This document shows, piece by piece, positions 1 through 12,278 of a stretch of 64,000 nt of DNA (positions are counted from its first letter, which is position 1; each line of letters starts with the position of its first letter). The stretch spans positions 2,912,001 through 2,976,000 of the forward strand of contig CP170459.1 in NCBI GenBank assembly GCA_047947115.1. Reading direction: 5' to 3'. The DNA is from Verrucomicrobiota bacterium (GTDB lineage Bacteria > Verrucomicrobiota > Verrucomicrobiia > Limisphaerales > AAA164-E04). The notes beneath the pieces are model-generated. The model made no database searches. It worked only from the letters and a program-made list of their open reading frames with translations, and was not told the DNA's origin. The position numbers and the translations under genes are program-made.

Positions 1-6
1 TACACC

Positions 7-1011
7 TTGGGTTTTGATCGGATCGAATCATCGTCCAGGCAACCAAAGTTAAACGCAGAGCGTCGGCGAATGGTTGTGAACATTCAAACCGATCGAGGCA
101 TGGCCTCGATCAAAGTGACCCTCTTTTTGCCTTTGGAACACTCAGGTTCGGTGCCGGTGTTTTTGGGGATGCATTTATTTGATTCTTCGAGAGAGCTTCC
201 GGTGATCGGGCAACCGTGGGCGCACCCAACCGATTCGACGTCCACTTTGGCTTCGGAGGATCCCTCTGTGCTGCTGCGTATGATCCTCAACCGCGGGTAC
301 GGATTTGCAACCATCGACGCCAACGATGTGGATCCGGATGAACATGATGGATTCAAGAATGGCGTACACGCACTCTTCCATGACGAAACGCAACGGCATG
401 CTCCTGATGACTGGGGGACTCTGGCTGCCTGGGCCTGGGGATTGAGTCGTGCTCTGGATGCCTTGGAAAGGGAAGAGGATGTGGATGCGTCGAAAGTGGC
501 TGTGATAGGTCATTCACGCATGGGTAAAGCGGCTTTGTGGGCCGGGGCGTTGGATTCCAGATTTGCGATGGTGATTTCCAATGATTCGGGTTGTGGAGGC
601 GCCGCGATCAGTCGACGTCAGACAGGGGAAACGGTGGCACATATCAATCGCGTCTTTCCTCACTGGTTCTGCGGGCATTTTCATGCCTTTGGTGACAGGG
701 AACAAGCTTTGTCTGTCGATCAGCACATGCTGATTGCATTGGCGGCTCCAAGGCCTGTTTACGTGGCCAGTGCCGAAGAGGATGCGTGGGCTGATCCAAG
801 AGGTGAGTTTCTGTCGGCTTTTTATGCTTCGGAAGTTTACCGGTACTATGGGCTGAGCGGATTGCATCCCGACGAACGGCCATTGATGAACCAATCGATC
901 GGTGACAGAGTTGGGTATCACATTCGGTCGGGCAGGCATGATATCACTGCCTTTGATTGGAAATGCTATCTTGATTTTGCCGATCGGCATTTTTTGGGTA
1001 AGCAGCCTTGA
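7..1011 (+). CDS. CE15-family (glucuronoyl esterase-like) alpha/beta hydrolase, probably 5'-truncated by the window edge
   Basis: WGTLAAWAWG, nucleophile motif GHSRMGK, SGCGG, DQHMLIALAAPRP and C-terminal GRHDIT; the frame is open to the window edge. Confidence 0.8.
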   Translation: MGFDRIESSSRQPKLNAERRRMVVNIQTDRGMASIKVTLFLPLEHSGSVPVFLGMHLFDSSRELPVIGQPWAHPTDSTSTLASEDPSVLLRMILNRGYGFATIDANDVDPDEHDGFKNGVHALFHDETQRHAPDDWGTLAAWAWGLSRALDALEREEDVDASKVAVIGHSRMGKAALWAGALDSRFAMVISNDSGCGGAAISRRQTGETVAHINRVFPHWFCGHFHAFGDREQALSVDQHMLIALAAPRPVYVASAEEDAWADPRGEFLSAFYASEVYRYYGLSGLHPDERPLMNQSIGDRVGYHIRSGRHDITAFDWKCYLDFADRHFLGKQP

Positions 1012-1042
1012 CGTTTTTTCCCGGTTTCGGGTCAATGCACCT

Positions 1043-2752
1043 ATGCCGTTTGTTTCTCGAAGAAAGTTTCTGGATCGTAGTTTGAAGGGTGGCCTGGCTG
1101 CCGGTGTGACCGGTGATCTTTGGAATGCCCGTCTGCATGCCGAACCTGCTGCCAAAGACGTCTCCGCCGACATTGCCATCATCGGCGGCAGTCTGGGTGG
1201 ATGTGCGGCTGCTCTGGCTGCTTTAAGGATGGGGCACCGAGTGGTGATGACGGAGGAGACTGACTGGATTGGCGGGCAGTTGACCTCTCAAGGAGTGCCG
1301 CCTGATGAGCATCGCTGGATCGAATCTTTTGGTGCCAATGCTTCCTATCGTGAACTTCGTCGCAGGATTCGGGACTATTACCGTCAACATTATCCGTTGA
1401 CACATGCCCAGAGAACAAAATGGGATTTAAATCCCGGTGCCGGCTCGGTTTCTCGCTTGTGTCATGAACCCCGGGTTGCTCTCGCCGTGCTCAGGGATTG
1501 GTTGGCTCCTTATTTAAGTTCCGGTCAGTTGATCCTATGGACCCAGCACCGGCCTGTTGGCGCTGAGCTTGACGGGGATGAGGTAAGTTCTGTTGAAATG
1601 GAGAGCATCCGTTCAGGACAACATCGCAACATACGGGCCAAGGTGTTTTTGGACGCCACGGAGTTGGGTGATTTGTTGCCTCTGGCCAAGACCGAGTATG
1701 TTACCGGAGCGGAATCCCGGCAACAAACCGGCGAACTCCACGCCAGCGCCATGGCAGGTCCGGACAATGAACAGGCTTTCACCATGTGTTTTGCCATGGA
1801 TTATCTGGAAGGGGAGGATCATACGATTGAGCGTCCCGACCAGTATGATTTCTGGCGGGACTATGTTCCATCCATCCATCCGGCCTGGCCTGGGAAATGG
1901 CTGGATTGGACCTATACTCATCCCCGCAGTCTTGAACCCAGGCGGTTGGGATTCAATCCAGCCAATGGTCCGTTCAAGGGAGTCATCAACCTTTGGTCTT
2001 ACCGACGGATCGCGGCTCGATCCAATTTCGAACCTGGAACCTATCGTAGTGACATCAGTCTGGTGAACTGGCCGCAGAACGATTATTTGCTGGGTTCAAT
2101 TGTGGATGTTACGCAGGAGACATTAGACCGACATGTCAGAAGCGCCAAACAGTTGAGTTTGTCCATGCTTTACTGGATGCAGACAGAGGCTCCACGTCAT
2201 GATGATGGTCAGGGGTATCCCGGATTGAGATTGCGGCCTGATGTGATGGGAACCGAAGATGGTTTGGCAAAATATCCTTATGTCAGAGAATCACGTCGGA
2301 TTCAGGCAGAATACACGGTCACCGAAAAGGATTGTGGGCTCGAGCAACGCATGCAGATTACCGGAGCGGACCGACATTCGGTGCGTGCGGCTGAGTATGA
2401 AGACTCGGTGGGGCTGGGAAGTTACGCGATTGATCTGCATCCCTCTACAGGCGGGGATAATTACATTGATTTTGAATCGTTGCCTTTTCAGATTCCTCTG
2501 GGAGCCTTGATTCCACAGCGTGTTCGGAATTTGATTCCAGCTTGCAAGAACATCGGTTCAACTCATGTGACCAACGGTTGTTATCGATTGCATCCCGTGG
2601 AGTGGGGGATTGGGGAAGCGGCGGGCATTCTGGCTGCTCAAATGAAGCAGACCGGAGAACCCTCGCAGGCCATTCGAAATCAACCCAGGTTGTTCGCCGC
2701 TTACCGTTCCCGTTTGATTCAACAAGGTGTTGAGTTGAAGTGGCCGTTTTGA
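1043..2752 (+). CDS. FAD-dependent oxidoreductase with probable Tat signal peptide
   Basis: SRRKFL twin-arginine motif after ATG 1043; IIGGSLGG dinucleotide motif, DATELGDL, PYVRESRRI, YRLHPVEW. Confidence 0.8.
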   Translation: MPFVSRRKFLDRSLKGGLAAGVTGDLWNARLHAEPAAKDVSADIAIIGGSLGGCAAALAALRMGHRVVMTEETDWIGGQLTSQGVPPDEHRWIESFGANASYRELRRRIRDYYRQHYPLTHAQRTKWDLNPGAGSVSRLCHEPRVALAVLRDWLAPYLSSGQLILWTQHRPVGAELDGDEVSSVEMESIRSGQHRNIRAKVFLDATELGDLLPLAKTEYVTGAESRQQTGELHASAMAGPDNEQAFTMCFAMDYLEGEDHTIERPDQYDFWRDYVPSIHPAWPGKWLDWTYTHPRSLEPRRLGFNPANGPFKGVINLWSYRRIAARSNFEPGTYRSDISLVNWPQNDYLLGSIVDVTQETLDRHVRSAKQLSLSMLYWMQTEAPRHDDGQGYPGLRLRPDVMGTEDGLAKYPYVRESRRIQAEYTVTEKDCGLEQRMQITGADRHSVRAAEYEDSVGLGSYAIDLHPSTGGDNYIDFESLPFQIPLGALIPQRVRNLIPACKNIGSTHVTNGCYRLHPVEWGIGEAAGILAAQMKQTGEPSQAIRNQPRLFAAYRSRLIQQGVELKWPF

Positions 2753-2864
2753 TTTTTCGAGGGCATGTTTTATTAACCACGGAGAGCAGAGAGGACAGAG
2801 TTTGTCCCTATTCAAAATTCCAATCGTTGGGATGATTGACTGCGAAGTTTAGTGATACTGACAT

Positions 2865-3512
2865 ATGAACGAACAAGAAGTACAGGATCTAAGGAGAAAT
2901 TATACCATGGGGGATCTGGATGAGTCATCAGTGGCTCATGATCCGGTCGATCAGTTTGGGCTGTGGTTTGAGCAGGCGTGCAAAGCGCAGTTGCTTGAGC
3001 CGAATGCGATGAGTCTGGCCACTTCCACGCCGGAAGGACAGACTTCCATTCGAACCGTTTTGTTAAAAGGCTATGGCAAGGATGGGTTTAACTTCTTCAC
3101 CAACATGGAAAGCAATAAGGCCCTGGAGATTGGATCGAATCCAAATGTATCCCTGCTTTTCCCGTGGCTGGCTTTGGAACGTCAGGTGATCATCAACGGA
3201 ACTGCGGAGTCCATGGGACGGGCGGAGGTCTTGAAATATTTCGTAACACGGCCGGTGGACAGTCAAATCGGGGCTTGGGCGTCCAATCAGAGCCGTATCA
3301 TTACCACGCGCAAGATTCTCGAGATGAAATTTGATGAATTGAAGCGCAAGTTTGCCGACGGCAAGGTACCTTTGCCCTCTTTTTGGGGAGGATTTCGTGT
3401 GGTTCCACGGACGGTTGAGTTCTGGCAGGGCCGACCGAGTCGATTGCATGATCGGATTCGATACTCGCTTAATGAGCAGGGTAAATGGCAACGGGCTCGA
3501 TTGGCGCCGTGA
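2865..3512 (+). CDS. pdxH: pyridoxamine 5'-phosphate oxidase
   Basis: RTVLLK, SQIGAWASNQS, EFWQGRPSRLHDR and terminal RLAP motifs. Confidence 0.96.
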   Translation: MNEQEVQDLRRNYTMGDLDESSVAHDPVDQFGLWFEQACKAQLLEPNAMSLATSTPEGQTSIRTVLLKGYGKDGFNFFTNMESNKALEIGSNPNVSLLFPWLALERQVIINGTAESMGRAEVLKYFVTRPVDSQIGAWASNQSRIITTRKILEMKFDELKRKFADGKVPLPSFWGGFRVVPRTVEFWQGRPSRLHDRIRYSLNEQGKWQRARLAP

Positions 3513-3680
3513 TGAAATGGTGGATCATGGCTTCTGGATGCACCTGTTTTTGCCGGAAGTATTACATGCATTCAGTAGCCGTTTCACAGGCACTCCTGGA
3601 AGGTTCAGGACTCCGGTTTGTCGGGGAACTGCCTTAAATTGCATGGACTAGCGGACCGGGAATGCGCCACTCTCCAGAAG

Positions 3681-4679
3681 TTATTTTGACATCTCGAGCA
3701 TGCGCTCAATGGGGAGTCGGGCTCGTTCCAAGGTTGCCTTGGGCATCATGACTTCGGGGGTTTTGTGGAGCATGCAGGCGTGCAATTTTTCGAGTGAGTT
3801 CATTTTCATGAATTTGCACTCGTTGCATGCGCAGTTGTCCGTTGGAGCCGCAATGAATTCTTTGTCCGGACACTCTCTCTTGAGCCGGTGAAGCATACCG
3901 GCTTCCGTGGCGATGATGAAGGCGGTGGCCGGGTTATCTCGACAGAACCCGACCATTTTTTCGGTGGAGCATATTTCGTCCGCCAGTAGTCGGACTGCCT
4001 TGGTACATTCGGGATGTGCCACGAGTGGCGCCTCAGGATATTTCTCACGAATGGCAAGGATGCTGTCTGCAGTGAATTCCACGTGCGCGTAACAGTTGCC
4101 TTTCCAAAGCTTCATCGGGCGATCGGTCTGCTCCATAACCCACGACCCCAGGTTTTCATCGGGTACAAACAGCAGTTCGCGGTCTTTGGGGGCGGCCTCA
4201 ACGATTTTCATCGCATTGCCGCTGGTGCAGATGACATCACTCAGCGCTTTGACATCCGCACTGCAGTTGATGTAGGCGATGGTGTAAATGCCTGGATTGG
4301 CATCCTGAAACGCCTTCAACTGTTCGGCTGGACAGCTTTCCTCAAGGGAACAGCCGGCGTCACGGTCCGGCAATAACACCAGTTTGTCCGGGTTGAGTAT
4401 TTTGGCGGTTTCGGCCATGAAATGGACACCACAGAAAACGATGACATCCGCATCTGTCTCCGCTGCTATCCGAGCGAGTCCGAGCGAGTCGCCCACGTAA
4501 TCGGCAAGGTCTTGAATCTCCGGGATCTGGTAATTATGAGCCAGCAATACCGCGTTCAGCTCCTTCTTGAGTCGCAGGATTTCCTTGGAAAGCGGATCGA
4601 GCGGGCGTGCCGTTTCAGGTTTACGCGCCTCGTTTTCCGTTCCTTCTCGCAATGATATGTGCACCAGAGTGTCACTCAT
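3681..4679 (-). CDS. nadA: quinolinate synthase A
   Basis: LAHNYQ, FCGVHFMAETAKILNP, AGCSL, VAHPEC, C-x-x-MK motifs. Confidence 0.96.
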   Translation of the reverse strand: MSDTLVHISLREGTENEARKPETARPLDPLSKEILRLKKELNAVLLAHNYQIPEIQDLADYVGDSLGLARIAAETDADVIVFCGVHFMAETAKILNPDKLVLLPDRDAGCSLEESCPAEQLKAFQDANPGIYTIAYINCSADVKALSDVICTSGNAMKIVEAAPKDRELLFVPDENLGSWVMEQTDRPMKLWKGNCYAHVEFTADSILAIREKYPEAPLVAHPECTKAVRLLADEICSTEKMVGFCRDNPATAFIIATEAGMLHRLKRECPDKEFIAAPTDNCACNECKFMKMNSLEKLHACMLHKTPEVMMPKATLERARLPIERMLEMSK

Positions 4680-4868
4680 GCGTCGAATCTAGGATGTTCG
4701 GAGGTTTTGAGCAATAGCGTATATGGAGAGCGTTTTCTTTTTACACGGGATTAACAGGTTTTTTTGATTGATCGATCGATTTTCCTGCCGAATCGAAACG
4801 ACCTTGGTTTAAACCTTCGTTTTCTTGCTCATCTTAAACAAGCTGCTGGAAAATGGTGCCACCAGGCA

Positions 4869-7106
<2,238 letters not shown>

Positions 7107-7295
7107 AATTCCTCATGTTGGAAACCCTTTTCTGTTTGAGCAACACAACCAGCCGAAACCGGTATTCCATATGGTGGAGGAGGGTGGGGCGGTCAGAGGG
7201 TGACGCTTTTTCGTCATGAAATATTACTTCCTTTCAGCCCGGCATTGCAAATTGCCGAGTATGTTTTTTAATCAGAGCATCTTTAATAAGTCAGA

Positions 7296-10200
7296 ATGAA
7301 AACAAACCGAATTTATCATCATGTCGGTCGGTCTGCCTCAGTTCTTTTGTCGGGGCTGATGATCGGGAATGCAGCCGATTACGTTAATACGCAACTGGAG
7401 TCCAGGACGGATTTGCCGCCATTCGAATACATGGCAGCACCGGCGCCTTTGCCAAATTATACACCCAATGCCCGTTGGGGAACGCAAGGGGATCCCATCA
7501 CCACGATGCAGATTCCGCTATCTCCTGAGGCCTCCATGGAGCACATGGTGACTTTTCGGGATTTTGACATCTCTCTTTTCGCCGCCGAACCGCAGGTCGT
7601 CAAACCCCTCTGGCTGGCGTTTGATCCAAAGGGGCGTCTCTGGATTGCCGAGTCGGTGGATTACCCCAATGAAATGCAGCCGGAAGGACAGGGTCGGGAT
7701 CGATTGAAGATCGTGGAGGATACCGATGGTGACGGCAAAGCGGATAAGTTCACCACTTTTGTCGATAAGTTAAGCATCCCCACCAGTTTCGTTTTCGCCG
7801 ACGGAGGTGTGATCGTGGTTCACTCAGGGCGAACCGAGTTTTTCAAAGACACCGATGGAGATGACAAGGCTGACGAAAGCAAGGTGCTGTTCGAAGGATG
7901 GGGCACGCGAGACACTCACGCGGCCGAGAGCAATCTGCGCTATGGTTTTGACAACTGGATATGGGGGACGGTGGGTTACTCCGGTTTTGAAGGAACTGTT
8001 GGCGGCAAGGAACTGCGATTCGGGCAGGGAATCTTCCGTTTCAAACCGGACGGCTCCGAACTCGAGTTCATTCGTTCCAGCAATAATAATACCTGGGGGC
8101 TTGGTTTGACCGAGGACAACATCATCATCGGATCCACCGCGAACGGTAATGCCAGTATGTATATGCCGATTCCCAATCGTTACTATGAAGCCGTGAATGG
8201 CTGGTCCGCCGCTCGTTTGGAATCCATTGCCACCAGTCAAAGAATTTTTCCCATTACGGACAAAGTCAGGCAAGTGGATTGGCATAACCAGTACACTGCC
8301 GGTTCCGGAAGCGCCATCTACACCGCCCGAAGTTTTCCAAGAAAATTTTGGAACAGTGCCCAGTTTGTGGCTGAACCGACCGGCCATCTGCTGGGCTTGT
8401 TTTTCCTGGAACGACAGGGAGCCGATTTTGTCGCTCAGAATGCTCGAAACCTTTTGGCCAGTGATGATGAATGGACCTCGCCCATTTATGCCGAAGTCGG
8501 TCCGGATGGTGCGTTGTGGGTGGTGGACTGGTACAATTACATCATCCAACACAACCCGACTCCGAACGGGTTCGATAACGGAAAAGGCAACGCTTACGAA
8601 ACACCGCTGCGGGACAAAACGCACGGACGCATTTACCGTGTGGCCTATACACGGGGAGAGCCTTCCGATACTCCCACACTCGATGCCTCCAATCCGGCAA
8701 CTCTTGTTGCCGCGCTCAAAAATGACAACATGCTTTGGCGAACCCATGCCCAGGCAACGTTGGTTGGCCGAGGGCAAAAGGATGTCGTGCCTCAACTTGT
8801 CGACTTGATTCGGGATCCTTCCGTAGACGCCTTGGGATTGAATCCAGCCGCCATTCACGCTTTGTGGACTTTGAAAGGGTTGGGAGCTCTGGATGGTGAC
8901 GGCCAGGTTGCCACCCGTGCGGCCATGTCAGCTTTGAAACATCCTTCCCCTGCGGTACGTCGTGCCGCTGTGATGACGCTACCGAGAAATCAAGGCACAT
9001 TGAACGCACTGATGGAAGGCGGGTTGTTGGAAGATATTGATGCACAGGTTCGCTTGGCTACCTTGTTGGCTTTGGCTGAATTGCCGGCAAGTGACACCGC
9101 CGGCAAGGCCATATACGCCGCGATCAAGCAGGATCGAAATGCGGAAGATCGTTGGCTGCCCGATGCTGTGACTACCGCCGCGGCAAAGAATGATTCCTCA
9201 TTTATCCGCTCTGTCTTGACCGGTGCGCGTGCCGGGAATGTTGATGAGGCTGCTCTTGTTTTGAGCGGCAGCACGGGCGATGTGCTTCGCGTGGTGGTGA
9301 TTCATTATGCGCAGCGCGGCCCCACAGAAAGTATCGTTTCGACTTTGACGTCGTTAAAGGGTGTGGAGCCGGATGTGGCGACTGCTGTGTTGGACGGCCT
9401 GATGGACGGTTGGCCCGCTGAGACCCCTCCGTCCCTTTCAGCCTCGGACAAGCGTCAACTCGAGGACGTCATGGATGCTTTGCCGGAAAGTGTTCGTGAT
9501 CGCCTGCTCAGTCTCGGGGAACGCTGGAATGTGCCGGGGTTGTTCGACGGTCGCATGGATGCCGTCATCGCCTCATTGAAGGGTCAGGTGGACAACGCAG
9601 CCGCCGGCGATGCCCAACGGGCAGCTGCCGCACAGCGCTGGATCGGCTTGAAGGATAATCGTGAAACGGCGGATGCGATTCTGAAGCACATCACGCTGCT
9701 CGCATCACCCACCTTGTCTTCCGGATTGGTGAGCGCTTTGGGGTCAAGTCGAGATGAAACGCTTGGGGATGCGATCCTCGAACATTGGAATGATTATACA
9801 CCCTCAGTCCGGCGCGCAGCCATCAGTGTGATGCTGCGCCGCTCCGATTGGGCCTTGTCCCTGTTGCAATCGGTTCAGGACGGGAAAATCGCCCGCACGG
9901 ACATTCCGCCCGAGTATTGGACCCAGTTGCGCCAGCATCCCAATCGGCGAGTGGCCGGTCGTGCCTTTCGTCTCGCGCAGGAAAGCGCCACCGTCTCGGC
10001 GGACCGCGCCGAAGTTGTTGCCAAGATGCTGCCTTTGGCCAAGCAAAAGGGGGATGCTGAACGGGGCAAAGAGGTATACGAGTTGAACTGCTCGATCTGT
10101 CATAAATTCAACGGAGCAGGTGGCGTGGTGGGGCCTGAATTGACTGGTATCGCCGCCAGAGATCGCTCCGATATCCTCTTGGAAATTCTCGATCCCAACC

Positions 10201-10460
10201 GTTCGGTGGAAGCCAACTACCGTCTTTGGAATGTGACGACGAAGGATGGGGATACCTATTCCGGGCGTCTGGAAGCCGAAACACAAACCACGGTCGAAAT
10301 TCTTGACGTAGCCGCCCAGAAGCATGTGATCCAACGCAAAGACATTCAGTCCTTATCAGCCTCACCCATGTCGATCATGCCTGTCGGGTTTGAGGCATTG
10401 CCGGAAGAGGATCTTAAGGGACTTCTGGAATACCTGGCTCAACCCCATGAGCAACATTAA
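7296..10460 (+). CDS. PVC-type heme-binding protein (beta-propeller dehydrogenase-like domain, HEAT repeats, cytochrome c)
   Basis: FAAEP, DTDGDGKAD repeats, VGPDGALWVVDWYN, HEAT-like repeats, CSICH, GPELTG, SIMP. Confidence 0.88.
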   Translation: MKTNRIYHHVGRSASVLLSGLMIGNAADYVNTQLESRTDLPPFEYMAAPAPLPNYTPNARWGTQGDPITTMQIPLSPEASMEHMVTFRDFDISLFAAEPQVVKPLWLAFDPKGRLWIAESVDYPNEMQPEGQGRDRLKIVEDTDGDGKADKFTTFVDKLSIPTSFVFADGGVIVVHSGRTEFFKDTDGDDKADESKVLFEGWGTRDTHAAESNLRYGFDNWIWGTVGYSGFEGTVGGKELRFGQGIFRFKPDGSELEFIRSSNNNTWGLGLTEDNIIIGSTANGNASMYMPIPNRYYEAVNGWSAARLESIATSQRIFPITDKVRQVDWHNQYTAGSGSAIYTARSFPRKFWNSAQFVAEPTGHLLGLFFLERQGADFVAQNARNLLASDDEWTSPIYAEVGPDGALWVVDWYNYIIQHNPTPNGFDNGKGNAYETPLRDKTHGRIYRVAYTRGEPSDTPTLDASNPATLVAALKNDNMLWRTHAQATLVGRGQKDVVPQLVDLIRDPSVDALGLNPAAIHALWTLKGLGALDGDGQVATRAAMSALKHPSPAVRRAAVMTLPRNQGTLNALMEGGLLEDIDAQVRLATLLALAELPASDTAGKAIYAAIKQDRNAEDRWLPDAVTTAAAKNDSSFIRSVLTGARAGNVDEAALVLSGSTGDVLRVVVIHYAQRGPTESIVSTLTSLKGVEPDVATAVLDGLMDGWPAETPPSLSASDKRQLEDVMDALPESVRDRLLSLGERWNVPGLFDGRMDAVIASLKGQVDNAAAGDAQRAAAAQRWIGLKDNRETADAILKHITLLASPTLSSGLVSALGSSRDETLGDAILEHWNDYTPSVRRAAISVMLRRSDWALSLLQSVQDGKIARTDIPPEYWTQLRQHPNRRVAGRAFRLAQESATVSADRAEVVAKMLPLAKQKGDAERGKEVYELNCSICHKFNGAGGVVGPELTGIAARDRSDILLEILDPNRSVEANYRLWNVTTKDGDTYSGRLEAETQTTVEILDVAAQKHVIQRKDIQSLSASPMSIMPVGFEALPEEDLKGLLEYLAQPHEQH

Positions 10461-10480
10461 AAGATGTAACCTTCCATAGT

Positions 10481-10524
10481 GGAACTTGCCTCTTCCGTCG
10501 TACAAACTGGAAGGGGCGGGTTCC
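10481..10524. repeat. imperfect inverted repeat downstream of the CxxCH gene (REP-like pair or terminator)
   Basis: GGAACTTGCCTCTTCC ... GGAAGGGGCGGGTTCC. Confidence 0.4.
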
Positions 10525-10793
10525 GTGTGCTCTCGAGTCTCTTCAGGGGAACCCATCCTGATCAAATGCCACGGAAAGGGGGGCAAACGGGGCATTTTCA
10601 TTGCGTAGCGACGGTTGTTCGCATGCTCTGAGGTTTGATGTGGCGTTCGGATGGATCATGGGGGGCTTGTCCGTCTAAAATGACAATAAATGGGGCAACT
10701 TGATTGGACAATGTCTTGTTATTTGCCATCGGATTCTTTTTGATGACCGTTCAATAGACGCTAAAACCAGCGTTTGAATTGGATCATCTGATT

Positions 10794-12044
10794 ATGTTGA
10801 AGCTTGAGAAATATTCTATCGGGGTGGGGGATCGCTTCGCCCACCAAGCCAAGGCCCAACTAAGGGCTTGCCAAATGTTGCAGGAACAGGGCGTTGAAGT
10901 GGCCCCTGTCTGGAACAAGTCCAACCGTGAGCATTCCTTCATCGGATCCGAACCCGCCTCGGTTCAGAAGGCAGCCAAGGCGGCGGTGGAGGCTTTGGGA
11001 TGGAAGGGGAGCTGGCATGTGGATGCGGACCATATCGGAATGAAAACGGTGGATCGTTACATGGATTGCGCCGATTTCTATACCATTGATGTCGCGGATT
11101 TCATTGGCCAGGAAACGCCTGGCCCCATCATTGAGGATTTTGTCAAAAGCCATCCAGAGTTGATTGGATCGATCAGTATTCCAGGCATCGATGAACCTCT
11201 TGAAATTACCGAAGAAGAATTGGCACGCGTGGCCAATCAATACCTGCTTGCCGTGCAGGAAGCCACCAATGTTTACCATTACATTGTCGAGAAAAAGGAA
11301 CATGACGATTTTGTGGCCGAGGTGTCCATGGATGAAACGGATAACCCTCAGAGGCCTCATGAGCTGTTGATCATTCTGGCGGCTATGGCTGATGAGGATA
11401 TTCCGGTTCAAACCATCGCACCCAAATTTACCGGTCGATTCAACAAAGGTGTGGATTACGTGGGGGACCTGGCCCAGTTTGAAAAGGAGTTCAACGATGA
11501 TCTGGCGGTGATCGCGTATGCCATTGAGAAATATGGATTGCCGGAAGACCTCAAACTCAGTGTTCACAGTGGCAGCGATAAATTCAGTCTTTACCCCATC
11601 ATTCGAAAAGCCCTTCAACGAACCGGCGCCGGAGTCCACCTGAAAACGGCAGGGACCACCTGGCTGGAAGAAATGATCGGGTTGTCCGAAGCCGGTGGAG
11701 ATGGTTTGGCCTTGGCCAAGGAGATATACGCTTATGCCCTCGAAAACGTGGATGACCTTTGTGCTCCTTATGCAGCAGTCATTGACATTGATCGATCACA
11801 ATTGCCATCTGCCGAAACGGTGAATGGATGGAGCGGGGAACAATTGGCAAATGCTTTGCGGCATATCCAGGATCATCCCGAGTTCAATGCGAACATCCGT
11901 CAGTTGATTCACATCTCCTTCAAAGTGGCAGCCAAAGCCGGGGATCGTTACTTGAATCTGCTCAAGTCCAATGAGGAGATCGTCGGCAAGAATGTGACTG
12001 AGAACATTTTTGATCGCCATTTGAAGCCGTTGTTTCTCGGGTAA
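10794..12044 (+). CDS. uxaE: tagaturonate/fructuronate epimerase
   Basis: GVGDRF, VDADH, EVSMDET, KLSVHSGSDKFS, HLKTAGTTWLEE. Confidence 0.88.
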   Translation: MLKLEKYSIGVGDRFAHQAKAQLRACQMLQEQGVEVAPVWNKSNREHSFIGSEPASVQKAAKAAVEALGWKGSWHVDADHIGMKTVDRYMDCADFYTIDVADFIGQETPGPIIEDFVKSHPELIGSISIPGIDEPLEITEEELARVANQYLLAVQEATNVYHYIVEKKEHDDFVAEVSMDETDNPQRPHELLIILAAMADEDIPVQTIAPKFTGRFNKGVDYVGDLAQFEKEFNDDLAVIAYAIEKYGLPEDLKLSVHSGSDKFSLYPIIRKALQRTGAGVHLKTAGTTWLEEMIGLSEAGGDGLALAKEIYAYALENVDDLCAPYAAVIDIDRSQLPSAETVNGWSGEQLANALRHIQDHPEFNANIRQLIHISFKVAAKAGDRYLNLLKSNEEIVGKNVTENIFDRHLKPLFLG

Positions 12045-12064
12045 GCCGTAACCATTCAATTACA

Positions 12065-12215
12065 ATCCACAGATTTACGCAGATGAACGCAGATGTTAGC
12101 TGCGGAAGCAGATTTTACTACTTCAAACTGATTCCCCGAATAGTGATTCAAACAATAACCGCCAAACGTATCCATCTTCCTTCCAAATCTGCGTAAATCT
12201 GCGACATCTGCGGAT
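12065..12215. repeat. MITE-like element with periodic inverted ends
   Basis: left ATCCACAGATTTACGCAGATGAACGCAGAT (12065-12094) and right ATCTGCGTAAATCTGCGACATCTGCGGAT (12187-12215) are inverted copies. Confidence 0.7.
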
Positions 12216-12278
12216 AAACTGCTTAGATACAGCCAGGACAACTGGTGGGAACAGACAAATCCTGATCACATACGACTC

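Noticed and set aside
10667..10686. TTGTC-N10-GACAA palindrome upstream of uxaE as an operator
   Set aside because: Only 5-bp arms, a single copy and no adjacent regulator; cannot be told from chance
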